The position numbers and the translations under genes were made by a program. Shown piece after piece: positions 47,448 through 57,390 of a stretch of DNA of 64,000 nucleotides. This DNA is from a bacterium (lineage in GTDB: Bacteria > Bacteroidota > Ignavibacteria > UBA10030). The notes beneath the pieces were generated by a model. The model was not told where the DNA came from. It did no database searches and saw nothing but the letters and a program-made list of their open reading frames with translations. The stretch is from NCBI GenBank assembly GCA_043803945.1, contig JAZDJN010000016.1:192001-256000 (forward strand). The letters are read 5' to 3'. Numbering within the stretch: position 1 is the stretch's first letter; every line of letters begins with the position of its first letter.

Positions 47448-48833
47448 CTAATCTTCCCGGGGGATTTTTAAGTTATGTCTTTTGATCTTAAGGTAGAGCG
47501 TCTTCGGTGTGATGCCGAGAGCCTGTGCAGTTTTCTGGCGATTCCCGTGATGCATCTTGAGCGTCTTTTCGATGTGAATATTTTCGATCTCTTCAAGAGT
47601 CATCGACTTCTGAGGTTCAGAAACGATTTGGGGTTGGGCAACGGCAGGTGTGCTAGTGTGGAGGATTGTCGGATTCATCCACAGATCTTTTTGTTCGATG
47701 ACATCACTTTGGCAGAGCACAACTGCGCCCTCAATGACATGCTCAAGTTCTCGGATATTTCCCGGCCAATCATAGCTGAGAAGCATCTCGAGAGCATTAG
47801 GATGAAATCGTTTCTGACTTGACTTCGATTTTCTTTTCAGAAAGTATTCCGCTAAAATCGGGATATCCTCTTTGCGATCTTTCAACGGGGGCAGCAGAAT
47901 ATTTACTACTTTAAGACGATAGAGAAGGTCTTCCCGAAACCGTCCTGCTTGTACTTCAGCAAGGAGGTTTTTATTGGTTGCCGAGATTACCCTGACATCC
48001 ACCTTCATCGATACGGTTCCACCAACTCTCCTGAATTCTCCTGTCTCCAGAAATCGCAACAACTTCGCTTGTGTAGGCTGACTGATATCGCCGACTTCAT
48101 CGAGAAACAATGTACCTCCATTGGCCACTTCGACTAATCCCTGTTTCGCGGCATAAGCATTTGTGAATGATCCCTTTTCATGTCCGAACAATTCACTCTC
48201 AAGCAATTGGTCGGGAATTGAGGCACAATTGACAGCCACAAATGGGCGATCCTTTCTCGGGCTCTCATGGTGGAGAAGCTGAGCGATTAGTTCCTTGCCT
48301 GTTCCACTTGCACCATTGATCAACACAAAGGCTTCGCTTGCTGCGACTTTTTTTGCGTTGCTCAGAATAGTTTTAAATGCTTCATTCTGCCCTATAATTT
48401 CAGCCGATCCACCAATTCGGGTCAGCTCGTTTTTCATGACCTCTTTCTCAATGACGAGTTGCCGGCGCTCAAGAGCGCGACGAACCGTAACGAGCAGCTG
48501 TTCACGATCATAGGGCTTACTCACAAAGTCGTATGCTCCCAATTTAATCGTTTCGATCGCTGTTTTGTAATCCACAATATTGGTGAGCATGATAACTTGC
48601 GTCGTAGGAGAATGCTCGTTGAGGTATTTTAAAACATCGATCCCACTCACGCGAGGCATCTGGATGTCAAGCAGTGCTACATCATAGATTTTCGATTGGA
48701 TACGGTTGATTGCCGCAGTGCCATTTGAGGCAGTGTCGACAGAGTAATCTTTTTGCTCCTCGAGTTCGGTCTTGAGGAGGAAGGTAATGGATTCTTCATC
48801 ATCGACAACAAGAATCTGGTACTTATTTCTCAT
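47448..48833 (-). CDS. Sigma54-type response regulator (REC-AAA+-HTH)
   Basis: ILVVDDE, GASGTGKE, ESELFGHEKGSFTNA, WPGNIREL, Fis HTH. Confidence 0.92.
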   Translation of the reverse strand: MRNKYQILVVDDEESITFLLKTELEEQKDYSVDTASNGTAAINRIQSKIYDVALLDIQMPRVSGIDVLKYLNEHSPTTQVIMLTNIVDYKTAIETIKLGAYDFVSKPYDREQLLVTVRRALERRQLVIEKEVMKNELTRIGGSAEIIGQNEAFKTILSNAKKVAASEAFVLINGASGTGKELIAQLLHHESPRKDRPFVAVNCASIPDQLLESELFGHEKGSFTNAYAAKQGLVEVANGGTLFLDEVGDISQPTQAKLLRFLETGEFRRVGGTVSMKVDVRVISATNKNLLAEVQAGRFREDLLYRLKVVNILLPPLKDRKEDIPILAEYFLKRKSKSSQKRFHPNALEMLLSYDWPGNIRELEHVIEGAVVLCQSDVIEQKDLWMNPTILHTSTPAVAQPQIVSEPQKSMTLEEIENIHIEKTLKMHHGNRQKTAQALGITPKTLYLKIKRHNLKIPRED

Positions 48834-48857
48834 AGCATCTCCCGGCGAGTAACGAGA

Positions 48858-49229
48858 TCAGACGCCGCTGAGTACTCGTTCCACCGTTGTGAGGAGATCG
48901 ACCAGATCATAGGGCTTGCTGACAAAATCCTCTGCGCCTAACTTTTTCGATTCGATGGCATTCTTAAGGTCAGCGAACCCGGTCAGCATGATGACTTTGG
49001 ATTTGGGGTGATTGTCCTTGATGAACTTCAGAACTTCGAAGCCATCAACATTCGGCATCTTGATATCGAGAAGGATGAGATCAAATTCCTGTAATTTTAG
49101 TATGGAAATGGCTTCGGCTCCATCAGCAGCCATATTCACTTTATAGCCTTCACCCTCTAATTCAGCACTTAAGACAGTACGAAGTGCATCTTCATCATCA
49201 ACGACAAGGATGCGGTTCTTTTCTGCCAT
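48858..49229 (-). CDS. Single-domain response regulator (REC only)
   Basis: ILVVDDE, LLDIKMP, MLTG, VSKP. Confidence 0.93.
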   Translation of the reverse strand: MAEKNRILVVDDEDALRTVLSAELEGEGYKVNMAADGAEAISILKLQEFDLILLDIKMPNVDGFEVLKFIKDNHPKSKVIMLTGFADLKNAIESKKLGAEDFVSKPYDLVDLLTTVERVLSGV

Positions 49230-49303
49230 AACACAATCTCCTAACTGAACCTTTTATGTGCTTGGTGCTTCTAGTTTCAAAACTCCCCTTCTCAAGTGGC
49301 GGC

Positions 49304-49408
49304 AGTATAGATAAATTCCCCAAGAAAATCAACTTATTATCTCAACGCGATAAAAAAACCTCATAGCCGATTTCCAGCGTTGAATTTAATAAAAACTTCA
49401 CATACCTT
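49304..49408. promoter_or_regulatory. Divergent sigma70-type promoters
   Basis: Minus strand: TTGATT-N17-TATACT (49332-49304); plus strand: TTGAAT-N17-TACCTT (49380-49408). Confidence 0.55.
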
Positions 49409-49422
49409 TACACAGCAAAGGT

Positions 49423-50115
49423 ATGACAACTGACCAACCTATTCTCTCAGACCCGCCAATCCACGTATTGCTCGTGGATGATGAACTCACGTTCGCCAAA
49501 GCGGTCAACCATTTTCTCCAAAAATTCCCAAATCGTGAATTTAACCTTATCTGGAAGGATTCGGTTGAGGCAGGAATTCAGGAGGTCGCGAACAATAAAA
49601 CAATCGATATCATCATTACAGATTATGTTTTTGCAGAATCGAACGGCCTCGAGTTCTGTTTGCAATTAAATCAAATGAATACGGAAATCCCAATCATTTT
49701 CTTAACTGCGACGAAGGATTTCAAATTAGCCATTGATGCGATGAAGCTCGGTGTCGAAGACTTCCTGCTGAAGGAAGACCTCTCGGAATCCCTTCTCCCC
49801 AGGACGATTATCAATGTCCATGAGAGAGTACAAATGCGTCGGCAATCACACGCAATTGAGAAAAGGATGATTATTGCGGAAAAACGGGCCGAGGCAATCA
49901 GAGAACTCGTTGTAACCGTTTGTCACGAATTTAATAATCCGCTCGCTGCCATTAAGATCAGCACAGACCTGCTTCGACGGCAACCTATGTCCGAGAAGGA
50001 AGCACAAGTGTTCAAAACCTTTGACGAAAATTTTCAACAGATTGAGTCGGAGATAAAAAGGCTCCGAGATATTAACTTTGAAAAAATAGATTTTAGGAAC
50101 CAAAAAATCGATTGA
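49423..50115 (+). CDS. Receiver domain fused to a HisKA (DHp) domain, no ATPase domain
   Basis: LLVDDE...ITDY...FLT...LLK receiver; VCHEFNNPLAAI H-box; ends ~50 aa after the His. Confidence 0.85.
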   Translation: MTTDQPILSDPPIHVLLVDDELTFAKAVNHFLQKFPNREFNLIWKDSVEAGIQEVANNKTIDIIITDYVFAESNGLEFCLQLNQMNTEIPIIFLTATKDFKLAIDAMKLGVEDFLLKEDLSESLLPRTIINVHERVQMRRQSHAIEKRMIIAEKRAEAIRELVVTVCHEFNNPLAAIKISTDLLRRQPMSEKEAQVFKTFDENFQQIESEIKRLRDINFEKIDFRNQKID

Positions 50116-50140
50116 GAGCCGATCTGATCGAGCTGAAAGA

Positions 50141-50169
50141 TTGATTTTCATCTGTTTTTTTGCTATCTT
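50141..50169 (+). promoter_or_regulatory. sigma70-type promoter with extended -10
   Basis: TTGATT-N17-TATCTT, with TGc before the -10 box. Confidence 0.65.
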
Positions 50170-50291
50170 ATGGCAGCAGGTGAATTGAGATAATGACGCA
50201 GACACGATATGAGAAGCTAATCCAGTAGACAATGACATTAGAAAGTAGGAATAAACAACCGAACCACGGACAACATCGACAGTAAAGCACC

Positions 50292-50327
50292 AAAAGTGTC
50301 CCGCCCAAGAAGCGGGACACTTTTTTT
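50292..50327 (+). terminator. Intrinsic terminator immediately before the nif3 start codon
   Basis: AAAAGTGTCCCGC-ccaagaa-GCGGGACACTTTT perfect stem, then a T7 run. Confidence 0.85.
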
Positions 50328-51452
50328 ATGGACAACTCTTCAGAGATGAACGTCGCTGATATTGAAAATATTATTGATCAATGGTCTCCCTCCTGGACAG
50401 CTTGGGAACGGGATAACTCCGGACTTCAAATTGGCAATCGATCGAGGCGAGTAACTAGAATCCTGCTCGCACTCGATGTTTCTGAGTCTATCATCAAAGA
50501 AGCTATATCAAAGAACGTACAGTTAATCATCACGCACCATCCATTGTTCTTCAGACATCCCGCTGCGATTACCTCTGCCAATTCAACAGGAAGACTCGCT
50601 CTGCTGCTTGCTGAACACAAAATTGCACTGCTCGCAGTTCATACAAATTTAGATTTTACTAAAAATGGAGTGAGTTTTTCACTTGCAAAGACTCTTGGAC
50701 TGACCAAGATACAGTTCCTCACGCCACTGAAAGAGACTCTGGCTAAGATCGTTGTTTTTGCACCTGAGGATCACGTTGAGACTGTAGCAAATGCCATGGC
50801 AACCTGCGGTGCCGGTCTAATTGGAAATTATTCCTCATGTTCGTTTCGGACAAACGGCGTAGGAACATTTCTCGGTTCTGACGAAAGCAATCCACACCTC
50901 GGCCAATCAAACCAATTGGAACAAGTCCATGAGATTCGGCTTGAAATGATTGCACCGCGAGCGCGTGTAGGCAATATCATCGCTGCGATGAAGTCGGTAC
51001 ATCCCTATGAAGAAGTGGCTTATGACATTTATCCTCTTGATAATCCCAATCCAAACTACGGAATGGGTGCAATCGGAGAACTTCAAAAATCCATCGGGTT
51101 GACTGATTTTCTTTCCAGGGCCAAACGCGCTCTCCAGGCCGAAGGCGTTCGATATTCTGGCAATCTCCAGCAGCAAATTCGATCAATCGCCGTCTGCGGA
51201 GGGAGCGGTTCTGAACTCCTTGAGGACGCTATTCGTGCCCGGGCTGATATCTTTCTCACAGCAGATATCAAATACCACACATTTCAGGCAGCTGATCAAC
51301 GTATTGCATTGGTTGATTCGGGACACTGGGAAACTGAGCGAATTATTCTTCCTGTACTGGCGAAGCACTTACGCCGGGCTTTCCAACAGAGCCGGGTTTC
51401 AATTCAACTTATGATCACAAAGAAAATCACAAATCCAATTCATTATTATTAG
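50328..51452 (+). CDS. Nif3-like dinuclear metal centre hexameric protein (with PII-like insert)
   Basis: DNSGLQIG, ITHHPLFF, HTNLD, GAG.IGNYS.CSF, HPYEEVAYD, GHWETE; start 50328 or 50346. Confidence 0.93.
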   Translation: MDNSSEMNVADIENIIDQWSPSWTAWERDNSGLQIGNRSRRVTRILLALDVSESIIKEAISKNVQLIITHHPLFFRHPAAITSANSTGRLALLLAEHKIALLAVHTNLDFTKNGVSFSLAKTLGLTKIQFLTPLKETLAKIVVFAPEDHVETVANAMATCGAGLIGNYSSCSFRTNGVGTFLGSDESNPHLGQSNQLEQVHEIRLEMIAPRARVGNIIAAMKSVHPYEEVAYDIYPLDNPNPNYGMGAIGELQKSIGLTDFLSRAKRALQAEGVRYSGNLQQQIRSIAVCGGSGSELLEDAIRARADIFLTADIKYHTFQAADQRIALVDSGHWETERIILPVLAKHLRRAFQQSRVSIQLMITKKITNPIHYY

Positions 51453-51461
51453 GAGTATCAA

Positions 51462-52193
51462 TTGGAAAACAAGTTACGACTCCTTTTCTCACTTCAACAG
51501 ATAGATTCCAGCCTTGATGAACTCGTGGAATTAAAAGGCGACCTTCCGCAGATTGTGGCAGATCTCGAGGAGAAGCTTTCCGCGAAAAAGTCCGGGAAAA
51601 AAGCTTTAGAAGCCGCCATCAAGCAGGCGTTAATGCGCAGAGATGATATCGATGTCGAGGTCATTTCATTGAAAGCAAAAATTGAGAAATACAAAGAACA
51701 GCAATTCCAAATCAAAACGAATAAACAATATGATGCTTTGACCCGAGAAATCGACGGGGCACAACATACGATCAACCAACTCGAGAAGGAGATGGAAATC
51801 GTTGAGGGAAACATTACGAATGGAAAAAAAGACCTCAATGATTTGCTGCCCATCCTGGATCAAATGTCGGAAGAATTGGTTGAACAGAAAACAGAATTGG
51901 AAGCTGTCAACAAGGAACACGAAGAAGAAGAATTGAAGCTGCAGCATCAAAGGGAGAAAATCGCTGTCCGCATCAGTGATCACGATAAGCGAATGTACGA
52001 ACGCATCCGTAAGGGTGTGGGAAATCAGGCAGTCGTTCCGGTAAGGAGGAATGCTTGCGGCGGTTGCTTCACACGGGTCACTCCACAGGCGATGGTCGAG
52101 TTGAGAAAGAACCAGAAGGTTATGACCTGTGAGCATTGCGGCAGAATATTAGTTTCCGATGAAATCGTCGATACCCACTCTACACATCCATGA
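51462..52193 (+). CDS. Coiled-coil protein with C4 zinc ribbon (DUF164/CT398-like)
   Basis: LQQIDS, long coiled coil, YERIR, ACGGC...CEHCGRIL. Confidence 0.9.
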   Translation: MENKLRLLFSLQQIDSSLDELVELKGDLPQIVADLEEKLSAKKSGKKALEAAIKQALMRRDDIDVEVISLKAKIEKYKEQQFQIKTNKQYDALTREIDGAQHTINQLEKEMEIVEGNITNGKKDLNDLLPILDQMSEELVEQKTELEAVNKEHEEEELKLQHQREKIAVRISDHDKRMYERIRKGVGNQAVVPVRRNACGGCFTRVTPQAMVELRKNQKVMTCEHCGRILVSDEIVDTHSTHP

Positions 52194-52606
52194 TTTTCCA
52201 TGCTCACACAGATGGTGCATCGAGAGGAAATCCCGGTGAAGCGGGTATTGGCATAACGATCAGGGATGACGCAGGGAGAAAAATCACCTCATTGTCCGGG
52301 TATATCGGGATCGCCACAAATAATGTAGCGGAATATACAGCATTGCTTGCCTGTCTGAAGGCAATCGCCGGAACACCCTGCACACGATTGATTGTTCATT
52401 CTGATAGTGAATTAATGGTTCGCCAGTTGAATGGAAAATACAAGGTTAAGGACTCTAATCTCAAAACGCTCTTCAGCCAGGCACAGAGGATCCTCCGGCA
52501 GGCTTCGTTTGATTTTGAGATCAGGCACATTCCGCGCGAAGAGAATAAAGAAGCGGATCGGTTGGCAAACTTCGGCATTGATTCGAAAAAGAGTATCAAG
52601 ATCTGA
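52190..52606 (+). CDS. rnhA: Ribonuclease HI family protein
   Basis: TDGASRGNPG, TNNVAEY, SDSELMV.Q, HIPREEN..AD.LAN. Confidence 0.9.
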   Translation: MIFHAHTDGASRGNPGEAGIGITIRDDAGRKITSLSGYIGIATNNVAEYTALLACLKAIAGTPCTRLIVHSDSELMVRQLNGKYKVKDSNLKTLFSQAQRILRQASFDFEIRHIPREENKEADRLANFGIDSKKSIKI

Positions 52607-52650
52607 AAAGCAGATTGATCGAGTTTAACTCAATACAACATCACATACAG

Positions 52651-53092
52651 GTATGGTCGGCCAGGCAGTCGCTCCACGCTCGATCTGAGCGTGGGGAGGA
52701 AAGTCCGAACACCACAGGGCATGGCGCCCTGGGTTAACCAGGGGTCCCATGGGCAAGAACCCATGGGAACGGAAAGTATCACAGAAAATACACATCCCGT
52801 TCACTTCGAAGAAGTGAGCGAGAGAATGGTGAAATGGTGGTGTAAGAGACCACCGCATATCGAGTGATCGATATGGTCTCGTTTGAGATCCCGTGTGAAC
52901 AATTGTTCATACGGGACACGATAAACCCCACCTGGTGCAAGACCAAGTAAATCACGTTCGAGATTTCTCGTCAAGGTTGCCCGTCTTGGACCCGACTCGT
53001 CGGGTCGGCGTGAAGGGTAGGTCGCATTAGAGAAATGACTGCCTCTCCGTCCAGTACGGAAAGACAGAATTCGGCTTATCGACCGGCCATAT
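52651..53092 (+). ncRNA. rnpB: RNase P RNA (class A, no P18)
   Basis: Universal GAGGAAAGTCCGAACAC and ACAGAATTCGGCTTA; P1 pairing ATGGTCGG/CCGGCCAT; GGTGAAA..., TAAACCCCAC..GCAAG. Confidence 0.96.
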
Positions 53093-53121
53093 CTGTTTTT
53101 TTCTAAGTAAAGGATTCATTC

Positions 53122-54891
53122 ATGCCCAAGTCCCGTGAGTATCGATGGACATTCTCAACAATCGATAGCGCCGATCCAACCTCTCACCAAAATGCTCTTG
53201 AGAAGGTGAAAAGGTTAAGCGACGAATTGAATATCTCACCGATCCTTGCGGAAATTCTGGTTCGCAGAGGGATCGAAACATTTGAGACCGCGCGGGCATT
53301 CTTTCGTCCCTCCCTCGATGATCTTCATGATCCATTCCTCTTCGAAGGAATGTATCGGGCTGTCGACCGGATCGACCGTGCCCTTAAAGAGAAGGAGAAA
53401 ATACTGATCTATGGCGATTATGACGTCGACGGTACGAACAGTACGGCCCTCCTGTGGACATTCTTCAAGCGGCTCGGCGCCGAAGCCTATTACTTTATTC
53501 CAGACAGGATTAAACAGGGCTATGGACTCTCTGCATTCGGTATTGATTATGGAAAAGAAATTGGCGCCACACTGCTGATTGCTGTCGATTGTGGCATTAC
53601 CGCCATTGAACCTGTTGCTTATGCTACATCCCTTGGTATCGATGTTATCATCTGCGACCACCATGAACCGGGAGATAAGATTCCCGATGCCTACGCCGTG
53701 CTCGATACCTTCATGCCGGGGTGCCGTTATCCCTTCAAGTATCTCTGCGGCTGTGCAGTTGCATTCAAATTAATCCAGGGTATTACAAAGACGCTGTTTG
53801 ATATCGAAAATGATGAAGTGAAGCAGTCGCTTTATAGTTACCTTGATTTTGTCACTCTCGCCACAACTGCCGATATTGTAAACCTGACTGGAGAAAACAG
53901 GCTCCTCGTGAAACTGGGGCTGGAGCTTCTCAATACAAATCCTCGACCGGGCATTCGTGCTCTCATCGAATCTTCCGGCCTCAAGCTGGGCAAGATATCG
54001 GCGGGCCAGATTGTCTTTGTCCTTGCTCCAAGAATCAACGCCGTGGGAAGACTCGGTGATGCGCTCCGTGCCGTACAATTACTCACATGCCCGTCGTACG
54101 AGGAAGCGCTCAAACTCGCACAGGTGTTTGAAGAGGAAAATCGCAATCGACGAAAAATCGATGAAGGTACATTTCTTGAAGCCCAGGAACTTGTCGAAAA
54201 CTATTTGAACTTCGAAAAGGAAAGTGCCATCATCCTTCATCAGGAAACCTGGCATCCCGGTGTTATCGGCATTGTTGCTTCCCGGCTCGTGGAAAAGTAC
54301 TATCGTCCGGCGATTATGATGACTACGATTGATGGTGTTGCTAAAGGTTCGGCACGAAGCGTCGCAGGATTCGATATTTACCAGGCGTTAAAAAAGTGTG
54401 AAGATAAACTGCTCCAATTCGGAGGACACAAATACGCAGCTGGCCTCTCAATTGAAATCGATCGTCTTGATGAATTCAAGGAGGCATTCAATGCCATTGC
54501 CCGCGAATTGCTGACAGAAGAACTTCTGACGCCTGAAATTCGGATAGATGCAGAAATTTCGCTTCGCGAATTGACTCCAAAATTCGTCCGAATCTTATGC
54601 CAATTTGCCCCGTTCGGTCCCAACAACATGCGCCCGGTTTTTGTGGCCCGCAATGTTGAGGTGGTCGGCACTCCGAGAATTGTCGGAGGAAAACATTTGC
54701 GTCTGAAAGTAAAGAATAACGGGCAGATCTTCGATGCTATTGGATTTAATCTTGCCGGAATGCTTGATCTTGTCACGAGCGGAGAAGGATCTCTCTCTAT
54801 CGCATTTTCGCTCGATGAGAGTGAATATTTTGGTGAAGTTATTCCTCAATTGAAGCTTCGAGACATCAAACGGGAAGCTGCGGGAGCGTAG
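53122..54891 (+). CDS. recJ: ssDNA exonuclease RecJ
   Basis: YGDYDVDG, VDCGI, DHH, PRINAVGRL, GSARS, FGGH..AAG. Confidence 0.96.
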   Translation: MPKSREYRWTFSTIDSADPTSHQNALEKVKRLSDELNISPILAEILVRRGIETFETARAFFRPSLDDLHDPFLFEGMYRAVDRIDRALKEKEKILIYGDYDVDGTNSTALLWTFFKRLGAEAYYFIPDRIKQGYGLSAFGIDYGKEIGATLLIAVDCGITAIEPVAYATSLGIDVIICDHHEPGDKIPDAYAVLDTFMPGCRYPFKYLCGCAVAFKLIQGITKTLFDIENDEVKQSLYSYLDFVTLATTADIVNLTGENRLLVKLGLELLNTNPRPGIRALIESSGLKLGKISAGQIVFVLAPRINAVGRLGDALRAVQLLTCPSYEEALKLAQVFEEENRNRRKIDEGTFLEAQELVENYLNFEKESAIILHQETWHPGVIGIVASRLVEKYYRPAIMMTTIDGVAKGSARSVAGFDIYQALKKCEDKLLQFGGHKYAAGLSIEIDRLDEFKEAFNAIARELLTEELLTPEIRIDAEISLRELTPKFVRILCQFAPFGPNNMRPVFVARNVEVVGTPRIVGGKHLRLKVKNNGQIFDAIGFNLAGMLDLVTSGEGSLSIAFSLDESEYFGEVIPQLKLRDIKREAAGA

Positions 54892-55029
54892 CGGAGTTCC
54901 TGTTGTATCCTCCGACGTACGATCGGAGTTGAACAAGAATATTGCGTGTTGAATTTCATTGATTCGGGACTCACAATGACAGTGGTACTTGAGTACTCAA
55001 TCTACGACCATTAACGACTCACAATTTCC

Positions 55030-55599
55030 ATGATTATTCTGGGCGTCGATCCCGGCACACTTATTACAGGCTATGGAGTCATTGAGGTAAAAAACGGAAA
55101 ACTCCGAATGCTTGCTTCCGATGTAATCAAGAATCGAAGCGACTATTCCATGCCCCTCCGCCTGAAGAAAATTTACGATACGCTCTGTATGGTGATCGAC
55201 CGATATCATCCCGATGAGTTCGCCATTGAGACTGCATTTTATGGGAAGAATGTTCAATCGGCACTCAAGCTTGGCCATGCCCGGGGTGTTTCAATACTTG
55301 CCGCAGTCCATCGCCAACTCCCGACCTCAGAGTACTCTCCAAGGGAGATCAAACAATCGGTTGTCGGCAGTGGCGCTGCATCAAAGGATCAGGTGAGTTA
55401 CATGGTCCAAGCAATCTTTCGAATTAAAGAGAGATCAAAAAACCTTGACGTTACTGATGCCCTCGCAGTGGCTTTTTGCCATTACTTGCGACGGGTATCC
55501 ACCCCCACACTGTCCGGCAAACCAGCCAGCCGGTCCAAATCATCCGCCACAAGCTGGAAATCATTCGTTGAGAAGAACACACATAGGATCATCAAATAA
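55030..55599 (+). CDS. ruvC: Holliday junction resolvase RuvC
   Basis: ILGVDPG..TGYG, AIE..F, LGHARG, G.G.ASKDQV, DVTDALAVA. Confidence 0.96.
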   Translation: MIILGVDPGTLITGYGVIEVKNGKLRMLASDVIKNRSDYSMPLRLKKIYDTLCMVIDRYHPDEFAIETAFYGKNVQSALKLGHARGVSILAAVHRQLPTSEYSPREIKQSVVGSGAASKDQVSYMVQAIFRIKERSKNLDVTDALAVAFCHYLRRVSTPTLSGKPASRSKSSATSWKSFVEKNTHRIIK

Positions 55600-55601
55600 A
55601 C

Positions 55602-56210
55602 ATGATAGCCTCACTCACTGGCCTCCTTCGACATAAGGCACCGACTGAAATCATCATCGATGTTCAAGGAGTCGGTTATGCCATTCACATTCCATTCTCA
55701 ACATATGAGAAACTCGGTGAACTCAATTCAACAGCTACCCTGCTCACCTATCTTCAAGTGAGGGAAGATGCAATGCAGCTCTATGGTTTCTTCACTGAAG
55801 AGGAACGGTTTTACTTTAAACTTCTTATTTCAGTGTCAGGCATTGGGCCGAGGATTGCTCAAGGGATACTCTCGGGAATCTCGGTGGATGATCTGGGGAA
55901 ACACATCGCATCAGGCAACATCCTAGCACTCACGGCAATTCCGGGGGTAGGGAAGAAAACAGCCGAGCGTATGATTATCGAATTACGCGATAAAATCGGC
56001 AAACTTGACACTGTGCATCCCTCAACCGCTGCACAGACAAGTCTCCCATCAGATACTCGGTATGAAGCAATGCTCGCACTCACTTCTCTGGGGTATCCGA
56101 AACCAGTCGCCGAGAAAGCTATCCGTCTCGCCTCGAGCGAATCAGGCGGGACAGAGCCTACTTTGCAAGACCTTATCAAACGAGCATTGCGGCATACGAC
56201 GACAAAGTAA
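55602..56210 (+). CDS. ruvA: Holliday junction branch migration protein RuvA
   Basis: GVGY, VRED...LYGF, VSGIGP, IPGVGKKTAER. Confidence 0.96.
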   Translation: MIASLTGLLRHKAPTEIIIDVQGVGYAIHIPFSTYEKLGELNSTATLLTYLQVREDAMQLYGFFTEEERFYFKLLISVSGIGPRIAQGILSGISVDDLGKHIASGNILALTAIPGVGKKTAERMIIELRDKIGKLDTVHPSTAAQTSLPSDTRYEAMLALTSLGYPKPVAEKAIRLASSESGGTEPTLQDLIKRALRHTTTK

Positions 56211-56223
56211 TTCTCGACGCACA

Positions 56224-56252
56224 TTGATATTCAACCCTGTTCTCGCTACATT
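56224..56252 (+). promoter_or_regulatory. Internal sigma70-type promoter for ruvB (near-leaderless)
   Basis: TTGATA-N17-TACATT, 8 nt before the ATG. Confidence 0.5.
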
Positions 56253-56260
56253 TTATCTGT

Positions 56261-57301
56261 ATGAGACAATCAGATTACACATCTCCTGAACCACTGGAAC
56301 AGGAAAAAGAACTCGATCATTCATTGCGCCCATCGAGACTCAACGACTTTACCGGACAGCAGAAGCTGGTCGATAACCTTGTTGTATTTATACACGCCGC
56401 TAAACAACGTAACGAACCGCTTGATCACGTACTCCTGACAGGGCCGCCAGGCCTCGGTAAAACGACGCTGGCATTCATCATCGCCAACGAGATGGGCACA
56501 GGGATTAAGATCACATCGGGCCCCGCATTGGAAAAACCCGGAGACCTTGCCGGCATCCTCACTTCTCTCGGAAAAGGCGAAGTTCTTTTCATTGATGAAA
56601 TCCATCGCGTTCCGGTAAAGATTGAAGAGTACCTCTACTCTGCAATGGAAGAGTATCGAGTAGACATTATCATCGATAGCGGACCCGGCGCAAAAACGAT
56701 TTCGCTCAGCCTTGAGCCATTCACCTTGGTCGGTGCTACTACACGAGCAGGATTGCTGAGTTCGCCTCTGCGCTCGCGCTTTGGTATTACCAATCGACTC
56801 GATTATTATCATGCCGATCAATTGAAAACCATCATCGAACGATCTGCGGGTATATTGAATATTGAAATCACAGAAGAGGCCGCCGCCAATTTAGCAAAAC
56901 GCTCCCGCGGAACTCCCCGTATTGCTAATCGTCTATTGCGGCGTTGCCGCGATTTTGCACAGGCAGAACGAAAACTCGCCCAGCATAAAGGAGTCATTAC
57001 CCGCGAGGTTGCACAATACTCGCTGCAGGCATTAGAAGTCGATGACCATGGATTGGATGACATGGACAAGAGGATTCTAAAAGTGGTCATTGAAAAATAT
57101 AAAGGTGGACCCGTCGGGCTGAACACATTAGCGGTAGCTGTCGGCGAGGAAGCCGGCACAATTGAAGAGGTCTATGAACCGTATCTTATTCAGGAGGGAT
57201 TCCTCTCGCGCACTCCCCGTGGACGCGAGGCAACTGACCTCGCCTATCAACACCTTGGATACCAGCGGAAAGGAATACCGCAGGGATCTCTCGGTTTGTA
57301 A
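56261..57301 (+). CDS. ruvB: Holliday junction helicase RuvB
   Basis: [44 protein letters not shown]. Confidence 0.97.
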   Translation: MRQSDYTSPEPLEQEKELDHSLRPSRLNDFTGQQKLVDNLVVFIHAAKQRNEPLDHVLLTGPPGLGKTTLAFIIANEMGTGIKITSGPALEKPGDLAGILTSLGKGEVLFIDEIHRVPVKIEEYLYSAMEEYRVDIIIDSGPGAKTISLSLEPFTLVGATTRAGLLSSPLRSRFGITNRLDYYHADQLKTIIERSAGILNIEITEEAAANLAKRSRGTPRIANRLLRRCRDFAQAERKLAQHKGVITREVAQYSLQALEVDDHGLDDMDKRILKVVIEKYKGGPVGLNTLAVAVGEEAGTIEEVYEPYLIQEGFLSRTPRGREATDLAYQHLGYQRKGIPQGSLGL

Positions 57302-57390
57302 TCTGGAAACTGCTTACACTGCTACACTTCGAAATTTCTTCAGGGACCGCAGGACTGACACAATAGCCTTTTATCATGGCGATTCAACCA

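Noticed and set aside
52625-52858. 77-aa minus-strand ORF
   Set aside because: Antisense shadow of rnpB.
50328-53092. nif3 - Zn-ribbon - RNase HI - rnpB gene order as a novel system
   Set aside because: This neighbourhood is a recurring arrangement in several bacterial phyla.
54909-54945. Small hairpin (CTCCGA/TCGGAG) between recJ and ruvC
   Set aside because: Short stem, no U tail, and no second copy noticed.
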